From Malacoraja senta (taxonomy: Eukaryota): a DNA stretch of 64,000 nucleotides. Below, piece by piece: positions 22,501 to 35,079 of the stretch (the stretch's first letter is position 1; every line of letters starts with the position of its first letter). The position numbers and the translations under genes are program-made. Below the pieces are notes generated by a model, which was given only the letters and a program-made list of their open reading frames with translations, made no database searches and was not told where the DNA came from. The stretch is taken from assembly GCA_038087875.1 (NCBI GenBank), contig CM075980.1, forward strand, positions 10,292,001 to 10,356,000, in the 5' to 3' direction.

Positions 22501-24790
22501 TATAAATTAGTATTGAGTGGGGAGCTGTAATGAGATGGAATTGAGATAGATATTTTTGTTTCCAAGACCATCTTTGTCACAGCAAAATACGAAAAAATAC
22601 TCACGAATGAACAAATCTTACGCCCTTTTGATCATTAAGTCTTAACTGGTAATAACAATGAGTCACATGAATTTCTGCTTTTCCAGGTTCATGTTTGCCA
22701 TGGCTAGTCTGGAGAACTCTCGTTCCTGGAATGTCTTCTTCTTATCGAGTCCTCACACAAGATTAGTTGTTCAACCAGAGCTGAACACACTTCTCTGCAT
22801 CTGCATACAATGGTGTCTCTCTTGTCGCTTCTTGTGCTTCTTGTGCGTGGTGGTGGAAAGATTGGTGGAAACAGGGCCGCGGCGTGAACGCTCTTTCCTT
22901 GACCCCAATGAATAAGTCTGATCTAGAAAGAAAGGATAAATATGTTATAGAATTAGCCGTTTATCATGGTACTCAAAAAGCAAGGGGTTATTTATTACAT
23001 CAAGTGCCCAGCTAGTCTCAGACGTCTCTAGGAAAGAAATAGAGATATACCAATACACATCTGGGCGTGCAGTGGGGTCAACACTGTTTTATTGGTACAC
23101 CGTGTCCACTTTTCACGAATGTGAAATATGAAACAATCATGCCGCAGTGCACTCTGCTCGCTCTCGTTTGATCATATCTAATTCTCCAACATTTGTGGGA
23201 TGTGTGGATCTCTGGGAACGCAGTATTCATTGTTCATTCAAAACTGGGAACGCGGAGACACAAGGAACTGCGGATACTGGAATCTTGAGTAAAGCATAAA
23301 CTGCTGGAGTACCTGAGAGGGTCAAGCAGCATCTGTGGATAGACATTTGGGAAGATTATGATGAACAGCCTTGAGCCACTGCTATCGTTCTCGTGTTCAT
23401 TTTTTTTTACAGCATTGCACGTTGCAAAGTAAAGAACGGCAGCAGTGAGAGCAATGCGAGATATTTACAAGTCTGGATACTGTGTACCAGAGAGACTCTT
23501 GGAGGGGATTCTGCCAATAAACATTTGATAAACATGCCTGTCGTAGTGGCATGCATACGTTTAGAGTGGCTTACGCGCACAATTGCAACTAATTCTGTAG
23601 ATGGTACACATTGTTTTCGCGTACCAGCCGTGCTGGAAAGAATGGACGGTTATGTTAATGGATGGCCGAACAATAATGACGGCTGCTAAATTAATGTGGT
23701 TTAACGGGAATTTATGATACATGCATTCATGTTAGTTGCCAGGCCGTAATTTATATTAAGGAGTATTCAGGAATTTTAAAGTTGATTCAGAGCAGTGATA
23801 TTGTCGGGTGTAAATCAATGACTCCGATTGATATCAATATCTGAAAAACCATTAACATTGTACCGCTTCTTTGCCTGTGGCCCCCTGTGCGTAGGGAGCA
23901 CTGTTTGACTGTGTGACCTTCGTCTGCTCTTCCCGGATGGGAAAAATAGTGGCGCGAGCACCCAAAATCTAATTTCGGTTATTGGAGTTTAATTGCGAAA
24001 AAACAAGTATCCCGAACAATTTCCAGATGTTAAGTTTGGAACTTTTGTTGTTGATCAAATGGAAGGAAAATGTCGGGGTTGATGCGCAGATGACACAACG
24101 ACTACCACGATCGATTCGTGGTGCCCTTGCAGACGTTGTTTCTTATTGCTGATGCTCATCATCGACTGGTGCTGTTTTGAATATACAAACACTGCATCAA
24201 CTGTAGAAAAAATTAGTCATCAATGATACGTATCTAGTATATCAACATGTTGTCAAACATATCACCAATTTTAAACTTCATTAAAGTCAAATGCAACACC
24301 TCTGTTTTTGTAAATGCTGATGCCCTTCTTTGGACAACGGTCTACTGCGCATTATAGTATTAGAGTGCAAGGAGGCAGCACTTCCAAGCAACATACGCAC
24401 CATGTAGTCTGAATTGCTTCCTAAAACTGCAACTGCACTAACATTTGTTAGTGTTAATGTTAGTTAACATTCTCACACAAGAAGAATGATGGTCTGTGGG
24501 AATTATGATTTCGAAAATTCCGAAAATATATCGATTTAAGATGATACTGAATAAAACAGTTACAGAATATAATATTGAAAACTCTCAGATAATCTCTTAA
24601 TTATATTTTTGCATAAAGATCATACAGAAAATGATAGATTGTTTAATATCAGGAAGGGGCTAGTGCACCAATCCCTTTTATTCCACGATATGTATGAGAA
24701 CGCATCAAGCTATTTATAAATACAAATGTAAAAAATAAGACCTCCATGCTTCACAGTGGCGGAATATTTCGACGAAGGAAGAATCTGGCA

Positions 24791-24876
24791 ATTTCTGATT
24801 GGCTTCGACGAGCATTCTGGTTTGATTGGTTTGCATTGATAAACGCACGGTGCCAACTCGTCATTCCATTTATAAA
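24791..24876 (+). promoter_or_regulatory. V promoter, cluster 2
   Basis: ATTGG at 24798 and 24825, GTTTGCAT (octamer with 1 mismatch) at 24829-24836, TATAAA at 24871-24876. Confidence 0.7.
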
Positions 24877-24952
24877 GCGAGCCCTAGAGCAAGTTTAGAC
24901 GCCACTTAATCAGGAAACTGACGCCCTATCGGAGTTCAGTCGCTTAATTAAA

Positions 24953-25001
24953 ATGTCTTGCTGGATCTGTGTGGTTGGTGCTTTGGTGTTATGCGCAGTT
25001 T
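24953..25001 (+). CDS. IGL: Leader exon, cluster 2
   Basis: ATG at 24953, GTGAGT at 25002. Confidence 0.9.
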
Positions 25002-27794
25002 GTGAGTATTATACTTCCCCGGGCAATAGATTTATTTCCGTGCACCATTAAATTGGGATCTTCTCCCACACTTCAACTATCTTAATGATTTTATATTTTT
25101 CTGATCTTGATCTTTTCTCAGATGTAAACGCGGCAATTACAATAAGTCAACCGCCTTCGATGTCCACCTCTGCGGGGCAGAACATACAAATAACCTGTAC
25201 CATAACGGGCGACAGTTCAGGCGGTAACTATGTCTCCTGGTACCAACAGATCCCTGGCAAAACTCCAAAGTATTTATTCTACTATTCTTCCGGCACTTAT
25301 AAAGGCACGGACATTCCAGACCGTTTCTCCGTCTCAATGTCAGGCAACACTGCAACATTGGCAATATCTAACGTTCAAGCGGATGATGCTGCAGACTATT
25401 ACTGTGCAAAATGGGATAGTGGTTTACATTTCGGTAAAGGAACGAGGCTGGGTATTGGTGGTAAGTGAAATATATTCGTTGGACGGCGCCCTGGATTATT
25501 TTGTAAATTTAAATGAAATGTTTGTTGAATTAACGTCGTAATTCACGCAAGTTGGAGGAACTGCAGCTCATATTTCACTTGGCCAGCTTACAATCCAGCG
25601 GTATGACTATTGATTTCTCTAACTTCAAATAACGTTGAAGTTAGTCGTTGTAATAGTTTCAATGTTTTCCTGGTGAGTTGCATTGTCTGTAACTCGTTTT
25701 CACCGAGCCCACAGTTAACCATGGCCTATTTCCTTTATCATCGATATTTTTTTGCATATCTTTATATTATTTTTCTTTATCTTTATATCACCGTCTCTAT
25801 CTCTCGCGTCCCTTTCCCCTGACTCTCAGTCTGAAGAAGGGTCTCGACCCGGAACGTCACCTATTCATTTTCTCCAGAGATCCGCTAAGTTACTCCAGCG
25901 TTTTGTGCCTATTTTCACATTATACTTGATTTTGCCAGGTTTATTTCGATGTAGCTGGTGCAGTGTATAGATTCCTGCTTTACAGACGCTCACGCTCCGA
26001 GTTCACTTGGCCATAGCTCAGTGAAATAACTGGAAAAGGGCGCTAAAAATAAATGTCTCAACTCGGCGCCCAGTGAACGTGAGCGCGCGAAACACATGGA
26101 CTTTAACTACTTTGGGCGAATTCAATTATTTGTGACTGTAGCTACTTTCCATCTTTTATACGCATTGATATCCGACCGCACCGTGTAGGGAGGCGAGGGA
26201 ATAATTTATTGCACGGTGTTTTGTTTGATATTGAAACAAGTGTTTCACTCTGAATCCATTTGCACTTTAGTTGAATCACGAAAATAATTTATGTCATTGT
26301 TTTCGCAGATGAGAGCCACATTTCTATCTCAAAGCCATTTCAAATTATTCAGGACCCGAGCAAGACTAGCCCGTTCGGGCCCTACACCCTCAATATTAGA
26401 GTAGAAATCGCGAACCTGTGATTCCAAGCTTTATGTGTGTGTTTACAGTTCACAATTTACTAAATTATTAATGCCGCACTTCAAGAACTTTAACGTTCTC
26501 GAAAATGTGAGGCAACTCTCCAATTTTTCAAACTCGCCCAATAATTATCGCGTGTTTCCCAATGCGAATTATTGGCACTTTTGGGGATTTTGAAGTAGTC
26601 ATGTATATAAGGATTGACGTAGAATTGAAGTGCCCCCGAACTCTCGTTGCATAAAATGCGGGTTGTTAAATAATTTGCAGAAGTATTCACAGCGAAATTT
26701 TCAATTCGCGAAAATAATTGTCCAGATGAGAAAATAAATTGCTTGGTTAACGGGGGTCAGCAACGTTTACATTCAATTTTGCCGAAATTCTTGTTGACAT
26801 GGCTAACGGGTATATCGTTTCTCCTCAAAATGTGAAAAGAGAACGTTTCGCATATTTCCATCAGGAAATGGGTTACTTTTGTTTAATGCGTGTACCAGGC
26901 TTTGGTGAGCGCAACAATATATTTCAAATATAAATTAACATTCGAACTATAATGAAATCGAAATCTGCGAACCGGTGACCGTGGCGGTTCGGAGAATCTT
27001 TTCCTTATATTCCTGCGGTACTTAAATAGCGTCACCCTCTATCTCAATGGGTGCACACTATCAAATAAGTTTCAATCTGTTGATCTGTAAATCCCGCGAA
27101 GTAAATTATTTACATCTGTTACATTTAAATAGACGGACATGGAAGTAAAGCTGGAGACGTGTAGTGAAAATCACTTATATAAAGTTATATTAATGTGTTC
27201 AATTTTATAAAACTGTACAGCCATGATATATCACAGTTGTTCCCGTAGTGTTTATGGATAGGACAGACAGCATCTATCGTAGTTGCTTTCAAGTTGTTTA
27301 TTCATTGTTTATCCGATTTAAACAAAAACACACACAATTGTTTGAAATAGGTCGAGAATAAAACGATTTTCTATAAATGAATAAACGAATGCTCCAATGG
27401 GATGCATTTTCTGCAATATGATATCTCAACGATAACAATTCTCCAATTAAACGTGACTTCTTGTTAAACAGATCCTCGGGCACCGATCGTGACGGTCCTC
27501 CCGCCTTCAGCCGATGAAGTTACCTCAAAGGGCACCGCCACCCTGGTGTGCTTGGTGAACGGCTTTAATCCGGGCTCGGTGGCCGTTGAGTGGACAGTCG
27601 ACGGCGGTGCAAAAAATAGCGGCGTTGAGACCAGCCCGATCCAGCAGGATAAGGAGAACACGTTCAGTCTCAGCAGTTACCTGACTCTGACAGCCTCAGA
27701 CTGGAACTTACACGAGCTTTACTCCTGTGAGGTTAAACACCAGACACAGGCAAACCCACTTAAGACAAATATCGTGAGATCCAGCTGTATCTGA
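24953..27794 (+). CDS. IGL: Ig light chain cluster 2, lambda/type II, germline-joined VJ (exons 24953-25001, 25122-25460, 27472-27794; 236 aa)
   Basis: Leader MSCWICVVGALVLCAV; canonical GT/AG; V-J AITISQPPS...YYCAKWDSGLHFGKGTRLGIG; C ending RSSCI. Total 711 nt in frame. Closest paralogue of cluster 1. Confidence 0.94.
25122..25460 (+). CDS. IGLV-IGLJ: Fused V-J exon, cluster 2 (CDR3 AKWDSGLH)
   Basis: Intact V-domain hallmarks continuous with FGKG; donor at 25461. Confidence 0.95.
25580..25915 (+). mobile_element. Penelope 3' fragment in the cluster 2 J-C intron
   Basis: Matches 51075-51340 (gcttaca..cag(c/t)ggtatga, pyrimidine-rich UTR, ctgaagaagggtctcg). Confidence 0.72.
25827..25862 (+). 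ncRNA. Minimal hammerhead-ribozyme-like motif (core GAAA mutated to GGAA)
   Basis: CTGAAGA-A-GGGTC-TC-GACCC-GGAAC-GTC; perfect stem II. Confidence 0.5.
27472..27794 (+). CDS. IGLC: Constant exon, cluster 2
   Basis: aaacag acceptor; about 96% identical to C1 (14 of 323 nt differ, hand count). Confidence 0.95.
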
Positions 27795-28057
27795 TGTTGG
27801 AAACGCGAGGCTGACCTGACAAAGTTAGTTTATCATCATTGGGTTCGTCCATGTGACAAAGTTAGTAATGTATTGGACTTCGGTGTTTTCGTTCAGAAAT
27901 GCCATTTGTAGTTGAAACTTCGATTTTTATGACGTTCACTTTAAATGTAGTTCTTTCGAAAGGATGTCGTTCTTGAATGAAGCATCAAGTAGATTCAATT
28001 GCGTTAGCCAAAAGCATGGATGTTGCTATTGTACCCATGGTATCTTTGCAGCCGTTG

Positions 28058-28063
28058 AATAAA
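28058..28063 (+). terminator. Poly(A) signal, cluster 2 (site B)
   Basis: AATAAA; the site homologous to the cluster 1 signal reads AATGAA (27976-27981). Confidence 0.55.
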
Positions 28064-28911
28064 GTTTTAAAACGCATTTCAAATGCATTGTTGATTCCCT
28101 TTGTTTTATTTCTGACCCGAACCATGATGGCTTAACATGGGTTGTGTTGTCTCGTAGATTTGAGCTCAACAACACTGATTTTGTTTCTCTATTTCGATCA
28201 CTAATTACAATCGTACAACAGTAGTGAGCCACTCGTCGATTTATACCATGCGTTCTACAGCGCGTTGTCAGTTCGTGTGCAAGCATGGCAAACCTGGTCA
28301 TAATACCAAAAATATCACAGAAATTAACAGAAAATACTGTTAATACTCAGTAAGTCGGGCGGCATGTGGGAAGTGAGAAATAGATTAGACGTTTCGGGCT
28401 GTTTGTAAAAATAATTTAAAAAATAACGTCCCTACCAGCCTCATGCGTTCAGGGTTTGTTAAATATGTCTTCGTTCATAAGGTGCACCGTTACATAATTA
28501 AATAAAATACGTGTGCATACCTGGAAATCTGGAAATTTGGAAAACGCCATTAATTCCCAACATATCAGCAAGATTCTGTAAACTGATGGGTTGTTCGCAT
28601 CTCCACTTTACACTCCTCGAACCAAGCATGGCACCTACATCCTTTATCACCGAAGACCGTGACTTTCACACTAATCGGTGACGGGTTTGTATTAAAATAT
28701 TTACAAACATTACACTTTATTTCTTCTTTATTTCTTATGATTGTCAGCTTTAAAGAAAAGGGTGATTATTGGCGTTAGCAGAACAGCCATTGAGTTTGTA
28801 TGTGGCGTGCACGTGTCTCACGGTGGTATTACACTAGAACTGGGCAACAACACTCTCAATAAAGCAGGATAATATGTGCAGAAAGATGCGAAGAGTGCAC
28901 GGCAGCTTCAT

Positions 28912-29099
28912 NNNNNNNNNNNNNNNNNNNNNNNNNNNNNNNNNNNNNNNNNNNNNNNNNNNNNNNNNNNNNNNNNNNNNNNNNNNNNNNNNNNNNNNNN
29001 NNNNNNNNNNNNNNNNNNNNNNNNNNNNNNNNNNNNNNNNNNNNNNNNNNNNNNNNNNNNNNNNNNNNNNNNNNNNNNNNNNNNNNNNNNNNNNNNNNN
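28912..29099. other. Assembly gap (188 N)
   Basis: Run of N. Confidence 1.
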
Positions 29100-29255
29100 T
29101 AAGAGCGAACAATGAGGGAACTATATGCTATAATAAGAGGACAAGCAGTCACCGAGAGACCCCTGACCTCTGTCACAAATCGCTTTTCACATTCCAAGCC
29201 TTATTCCCAATTATTTTCACGTTAAATGCGCAATCTGGGCCAAGTCTTAGTGATT

Positions 29256-29482
29256 AGGAAGGAGCTGCAGATGCTGGTTTAAACCAAAGATAGACACAAA
29301 AAGCTGGAGTAACTCAGCGGGTCAGAAAGCATCTCTGGAGAAAATGAATCGGTGACGTTTTTGGACGAGACCCTTCTTCAGACTGTTTGAAGAAGGGTCT
29401 CGATCCGAAATGTCACCTATTCATTTTCTCCGGTGATGCTGTCTGACCCGCTACTTTCCTCCAGCTGTATGTGTCTATCTTT
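29256..29482. mobile_element. Penelope-derived fold-back element (about 94-bp arms, 7-nt loop)
   Basis: 29287-29380 pairs with 29388-29481; a hammerhead-like core begins at the axis on each strand. Confidence 0.8.
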
Positions 29483-31687
29483 CCTAAATGATCCGGATTG
29501 TAGGCATTTTTGCTGATTCGAATAAATCGTCGCATTTCTGCAATTGCTCACCTGATCGTTAGTTATTTTGGCAATTCCTCTAAATATGTAACTTGTAAAT
29601 ACTGAACATTCTTTCACTCGAAACGAATCGGTCAATTAAAACGTCTTGAATATGCACCTCATTCAAATCACCATTATACCTTCCCTGTTCAGAAGACCAA
29701 TTCCGATTACTCTGGAGCTGCAATTATCATGCCCAATTTCTTCCCAATTTCTTCTGCGGCTTGTAATTTCTGTGAAGGAGCCAACAGCAAAGATTTGAGG
29801 CTTCCGGGCCTTGCCTTTTCCTTCGGTTCCCCTAGTGTCCTGGTTGTCCATTGTGAGCTCCACCTTTCCCTGGTCATCGTTATCGGGTCTCGTTTGTTCT
29901 GAATATTTTCATAACTCTAGTCCCCGTCCCCCCCCCCCCCCCCCCCCGACTCTCGGTTTGAAGAAGGGTTTCGACACGAAACATCATATTTTCCTTTTTT
30001 CCAAGATGTTGCCTGACCCGCTGAGTTCATATCATTTTGTGTCTATATCTATTATGCTTAATGGTGGATTTTAGTTGGGTCTCTTAATTACAATTACAGC
30101 TCCGCTATCAGGATTAGTAATAATCAATACTAATAAGAATTAGTATTGTTTACCCATTAATTACATATCTGCCTGGACGCCTGTGATCTGGCAAATTGTA
30201 TGCTCTCTTTTTAATATTCCCGTTTTGTTCATGCTTCTTTTAAATTATGTACTTTACATCGCCCTCATTGCTTTAAACTTCACGGTACCCACCCCGACTC
30301 CTCCTCCGTTGCTCTCCACCCTTGCTTTTCCTTTCTCTCTGACCCCCGCTGTATCTCTCATTTTGTTCCTCTCCCTCATTTACATCCTTTCCCTGTTTCT
30401 CTCCACCACTCTTTGCAATTCTCTGTCTGTTGGCTTCACGCGTCCGAAAAGAATTTACTCGGATACACAGCCAAATGCAACTTGGGCATCAATTTTCTGA
30501 AACTTGTTGATTATTCACATGTTGGAGCCGAAGAAAAATAGCAGAGGTTTCTGTGATCTTTGCTTTTATTTCCATCCTGTTATTTCTAAGGTCAATGTAA
30601 ATTGACGTTTTAGTTGTTTTTTAATAGTCTACTTGAATACCCATGTAACTACTTGATTGCGACTCTCTGACGGTGCTATTTAAATTGTATACCTGTGTAT
30701 CATTCCTATCAAAAACGAATTACCACAACTAGAACTACATTAAACAAAATGACTGTCACCAGTCTGTGGTTATGTTTCCGGTATAACGACTATTCCCCTC
30801 ACTGCTTATGCATTTGGAAATATCATGTCGCCTACCAGCGGTGTAATTGTGCCTTGCCCTTCCATGATTTTGACATATATCGTAAAGATCCGTGGACTCA
30901 ATAACTATTATTTTTGGGATTAATGTATTGTTGGCCAGACAATGCATCGATTGCCCATCCCTATCTATTGCTCTAATACCCTTAGTGAAGATAAATTGCA
31001 AAGTGAATCAAACGGAGTTTAAATATCCAAGAGACAGAATTAATTGAAAATTACAAGAAAATAAAGAGAGGGGGGGGGGGTGGGGGGGGGGGTGGGGGTG
31101 GGGGGGGGGGGTTATCTGACAGAAGCTGATACTGACCCAAAAGGCATTTTCTCCTGTGTCGTAATATCATTGCATTATTTTAGCGTTGTTTTTCGAAGAT
31201 TTCTACATGCACTTTATAAATGCTGTCGGCCTCTTTTGCTCATCATCCGCGTGAATGCGGTAAAACACGATGTCAGTGTCATAACTTCAGATCTATCCAC
31301 GATGGCCCACGATGTCTGTGCGAACCTAATGCCAATTTACACTAATGCCATCTGCCTGCCATAATGTCTATATCCCTCCATTCCCTATCTGTTCACGTGC
31401 TTGCCTAAATACCTCTTGAACCTTGATGGGTATCTACTTACACCGCTTCTTCCAGCAAAGCGTTGCACAATTTCTGTTTAAAAAAGTCATGCGAAGTGTA
31501 CCCCCTTCAAACGTCCCCTCTCCTACTATAAAGCTATAAAATATTATATAATACTTCGGCCCTGGAAAGAAAACTCTGAGTATCCACCGCTGATAGAGTG
31601 AGAGACATTCTGATAATTATTTCGCAAAGCGTAATGTTTCTGAAGTAGTTTTCCAACTTTTACTAAACTGGTCCTTTTTATAAACAG

Positions 31688-31958
31688 ATCCTAAGGTCGG
31701 TTCTGGCGCCTTCGCCGAACGAAGTCACGGTAAATGGACCCGCTACCCCGGTGTGTTCGGTGAGCGGGTTTAATACGCGGGGTGTAGAAATTGAGTGGAC
31801 TGCAGACAAAACTGCGAGAAGGAATGGCGTTGAGACCAACCGGGTCCAGCAGGAGACAGGCTCAGACTGGAAACTACACAAGCTTTACTCCTGTGTGGTT
31901 GAATACGAGACTAAAGGCAAATCCCATTAAGTAAAAAATCGCGATCCATTTTATTTGA
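31688..31958 (+). pseudogene. IGLC (psi): Orphan IgL constant pseudo-exon, cluster-3-like
   Basis: Intact aaacag|atcc acceptor. Net 11-nt deletion near the 5' end (frameshift), net 39-nt internal deletion removing DNTFSASSYLTLPV, terminal Cys lost. Diagnostic bases (gaaatt.agtggact, caggagac, ctcagactggaaa) match C3. No L or VJ exon is visible upstream. Confidence 0.88.
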
Positions 31959-32089
31959 TGGTGAAAAACTTGCGAGCTGAGCTGGGAAACTTGGATCATT
32001 CATTTCTTCCAGGTGATAACAGATCGAAATGTTACACAAAGTGGTGGGGAACCCTCGGGAGAACATGGATAGGTGACGTTTATAATCGG

Positions 32090-32360
32090 GACCTATCTTC
32101 TGACTGATTGTGGTGGGGGTGGAGGACAAAGCTGGAAGAGAGGTGGGGTATGACTAAGCCCGACAAGTAGGTGGATACAGTGAGGGGGCGGGTGATTGGC
32201 TGATGGTTGGACAAAGGCCAGATAAGAAAAGACAAAAGGTGTCATCAGGATAGAAGTTCGAATCGTGAAGACAGAAGAAGGAATATAGGGGGAAGGGGAG
32301 GGTGAATGGGGATAAATAGGTGTCAGTACAGGTGGGGCACAAGCAGGGGAGGGGAAGGAA
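32090..32360 (-). mobile_element. Penelope-type 3'UTR fragment
   Basis: Purine-rich tract whose reverse complement resembles 48670-48800. Confidence 0.45.
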
Positions 32361-33223
32361 GGGGAACAAAAAAACCCAAAAACAACAAATAAATAAATAA
32401 ATAGACGGATAAACAAGGACATAAACGAATACACGAGTAGATAATTAAATAGAAAAATAAAAAGATATATAAAATAGATGGACAAATATGCGAATATCTA
32501 AATAAATAAACGGATGGGTGGATAGATACATAAATGAACAACCAGAAAATTCGCAGTTTTAATTTTCATCAAATATTATATATTGGAACCTCTGTTATTG
32601 TAAACGCTGTCTATCCAAAGAATGTGCTGGGTCAAGTTTAAGTGACTTTAGTGCTGCATGTTCAACAAAATTGAATAAAGGCAAATAAATTATTCGTGCT
32701 TCCTAGTTTTTTTGGGGGGGGGGCGGGTTGTAATCAATGAACTGATCTCGGATGCAATTTTTTTTTCCTTTTCCTTTTATTATGATGCAAAGTTCTTGAA
32801 CAGGAATGTAACTGGTGTTGATTCCCCACGCCTCTTCAATATTGGCACTAATTTCCTCCCAATTTTTTTTAACCATGAATCGGGATCGTGCAACAGTCTG
32901 GATCTCCAATTGGTTGTCGGGTTCCACAGTGCGGCTTTCGTGGTCGAGCGAATGCAGTGATGGTAATTGGCGATGTCATTACGCAAGGGCGATTTGATAG
33001 CAGCCCTTCCAACACGTTCTGCGTCAAGCCAATAGCAGCCCTTCCCACAGGCTCTGCGTCAAGCCAGGGAAACACCGAGCGTAACACGCACTGGACAATT
33101 GGTCAGGATGAAAAAAATCCAAATCTCGATTGTCCATCCCCGAACACCTGCATTATATAATGAGTTTGACACGAAAAGCTGGAGCAACTCAGCGGGTCAA
33201 ACAACATATCTGAAGAAAGGGAT

Positions 33224-34860
33224 AGAGTCATAGAGTCATACAGTATGGAAACAGGACCGACGGCCCAATTTCCCCACATCGACCAACATGTCCCAGCTAC
33301 ACCAGCCCCACCTGCCCGCGTTTGGCCCATATCGTTAGAAACGTGTTCTATCTATGTACCTGTCTAACTGTTTCTTAAATGTTGGGATAGTGCCTGCCTC
33401 AACTTCCTCCTCTGGTAGCTTGTTCCATACACCAACCATCCTTTGCGTGAAAAGGTTACCCCTCAGATTCCTATTAAATATTTTTCCCTTAACCGTAAAC
33501 CTATGACCCCTGGTTCTCGATTCACCTACACTGGGCTTGAGACCAGTGCCCGATCTATTCCTCTCATGATTTTATAACCTCTATAAGATCACTCCTCATC
33601 CTCCTTCGCTGCAAGGAATAGAATCCCAGTCTACTCAACCTCTCCCTATAGCTTAGATCCCTAGTCCTGGCAATGTCCTCGTAAATGTTCTCTGTACACT
33701 TTCCAGCTTGACAACATCTTTCCTACAGCAAGGTGCCCAGAACTGAACTGAACACAATACTCTAAATGCGGCTTCACCAACATCCATATAACTGCAACAT
33801 GACCTCACACTAAATACTCTGACTGGTGGCCAATGTGCCAGAATCCTTTTTGACCAGCTATCTGCGACTCCACCTTCAAGGAACCATGCACCTGCACTCC
33901 TGGATCCCTCTGCTCCACAGCACTCCCCAGACCCCGGCCATTCGCTGTGTAGGTCCTGCCCATGATAGACTTCACAAAATGCAACACCGCACATTTCTCT
34001 GCATCAAATTCCATCAACCATTCCTGTCAAACTGGCCAATCGATCAAGATCCTGCTGCAAATTTTCACAACTATCTTCACTATGAAACCATCTACTTTTG
34101 TATAATCTATAAACTTGCTAATCTTGCCGTGTCTGTTCTCATTCAATTAATTGATATAGATGACAAATAGTAACGGGCCCAGCAGCGATCCCTGCGGCAC
34201 ACCACTAGTCACAGCGAAGTCCGAAAAGCAAGCTTCCACCATCACCCTCTGCTTCCTTCCATGAAGAGCGGGTTTCTATCCATTGAGCTATCTCTCCTTG
34301 GATCCCATGCAATCCAACCTTCCAGATTTGTGACACGACATCCTACGTACAAAAACATGCAGGCTATTCCTAACCAGCCCTTGCCTGTCTAATTGCCCGT
34401 ATATCCTATCCATCAGAATACTCTCTAGTACATTTCGAACTACAGATGTTAAGCTCACTGGCCTATAATTCCCAGCATTTTCATTGCAGCCTTTGTTGAG
34501 TAAAGGCACAACATTTGCCACCCTCCGGCCTTCCGACACCTCTCCTGTATTTAAAGATGACTCGTGAATCTCAACCAGGACTGCCGCAATTTCCTCTTTG
34601 GTTTCCCACAATGTCCTCGGATATATCTGATCAGGCCTTGGAGAATTGTTTACCTTCATTACACGATGGTACCTTCAGCATCTCTTCGCCGTAACACTGA
34701 CTGCTCTCGAGACACTTCAATTGACTACCCCAAGTTCCGTCCTCCTGTCTTTCTCCTCGGTAAATACAGGGGAGACATACTCATTCAGGACCTTGCCCAT
34801 CTCCTGTTGACTCTTTGATTTCTGAGGGGTTCCCACTCTCTCTCTAGTTACCCTATTTAT
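33224..34860 (-). mobile_element. CR1 LINE fragment, deleted
   Basis: SPRPDQIYPRTLWE, VQFWAPCCRKDVVKLESVQRTF; (catagagt)n tail. Confidence 0.85.
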
Positions 34861-34986
34861 TAACCATCCCCGTTAGGTTAGTTGCAAAACAAAATACGCG
34901 AATGATATACCCAGGCTGTGGATGACCCGCAAAGTGGTGCATAACATTTCCGGAAAGTTGACTCATTTAATAGTGAACTAGATAAA

Positions 34987-35022
34987 GTGTCTGAAGAAGG
35001 CTCTCAACCCGAAACGTCACGT
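34987..35022 (+). ncRNA. Minimal hammerhead-ribozyme-like motif with intact core boxes
   Basis: GTGT-CTGAAGA-A-GGCTCTCAACCC-GAAAC-GTC-ACGT; 4-bp stem I (2 wobbles); stem II damaged. Confidence 0.45.
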
Positions 35023-35079
35023 ATTCCTTTTTCTCCAGAGTTGCTGTCTGACCCGCTGAGTTATTCCAGATTTTAGAAT

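Noticed and set aside
25085-25121. ORF-track N-termini MILYF.. (25085), MLFIF.. (41967), MLYFF.. (54708)
   Set aside because: These are intronic polypyrimidine tracts read in frame; the real N-termini come from the spliced leader exons.
25575-26017. 12-bp direct repeat ttcacttggcca as a TSD of the intronic Penelope
   Set aside because: The left copy overlaps Penelope sequence itself (cttgggcagcttaca), so the match is probably coincidental.
28834-29257. ORFs spanning N-runs (also 58395-58758)
   Set aside because: Artefacts of translating assembly gaps.
31070-31111. G-runs as a switch-like or G-quadruplex element near the pseudo-C
   Set aside because: Simple homopolymer tracts, common across the window (17530, 29930, 46908) and not conserved at other clusters.
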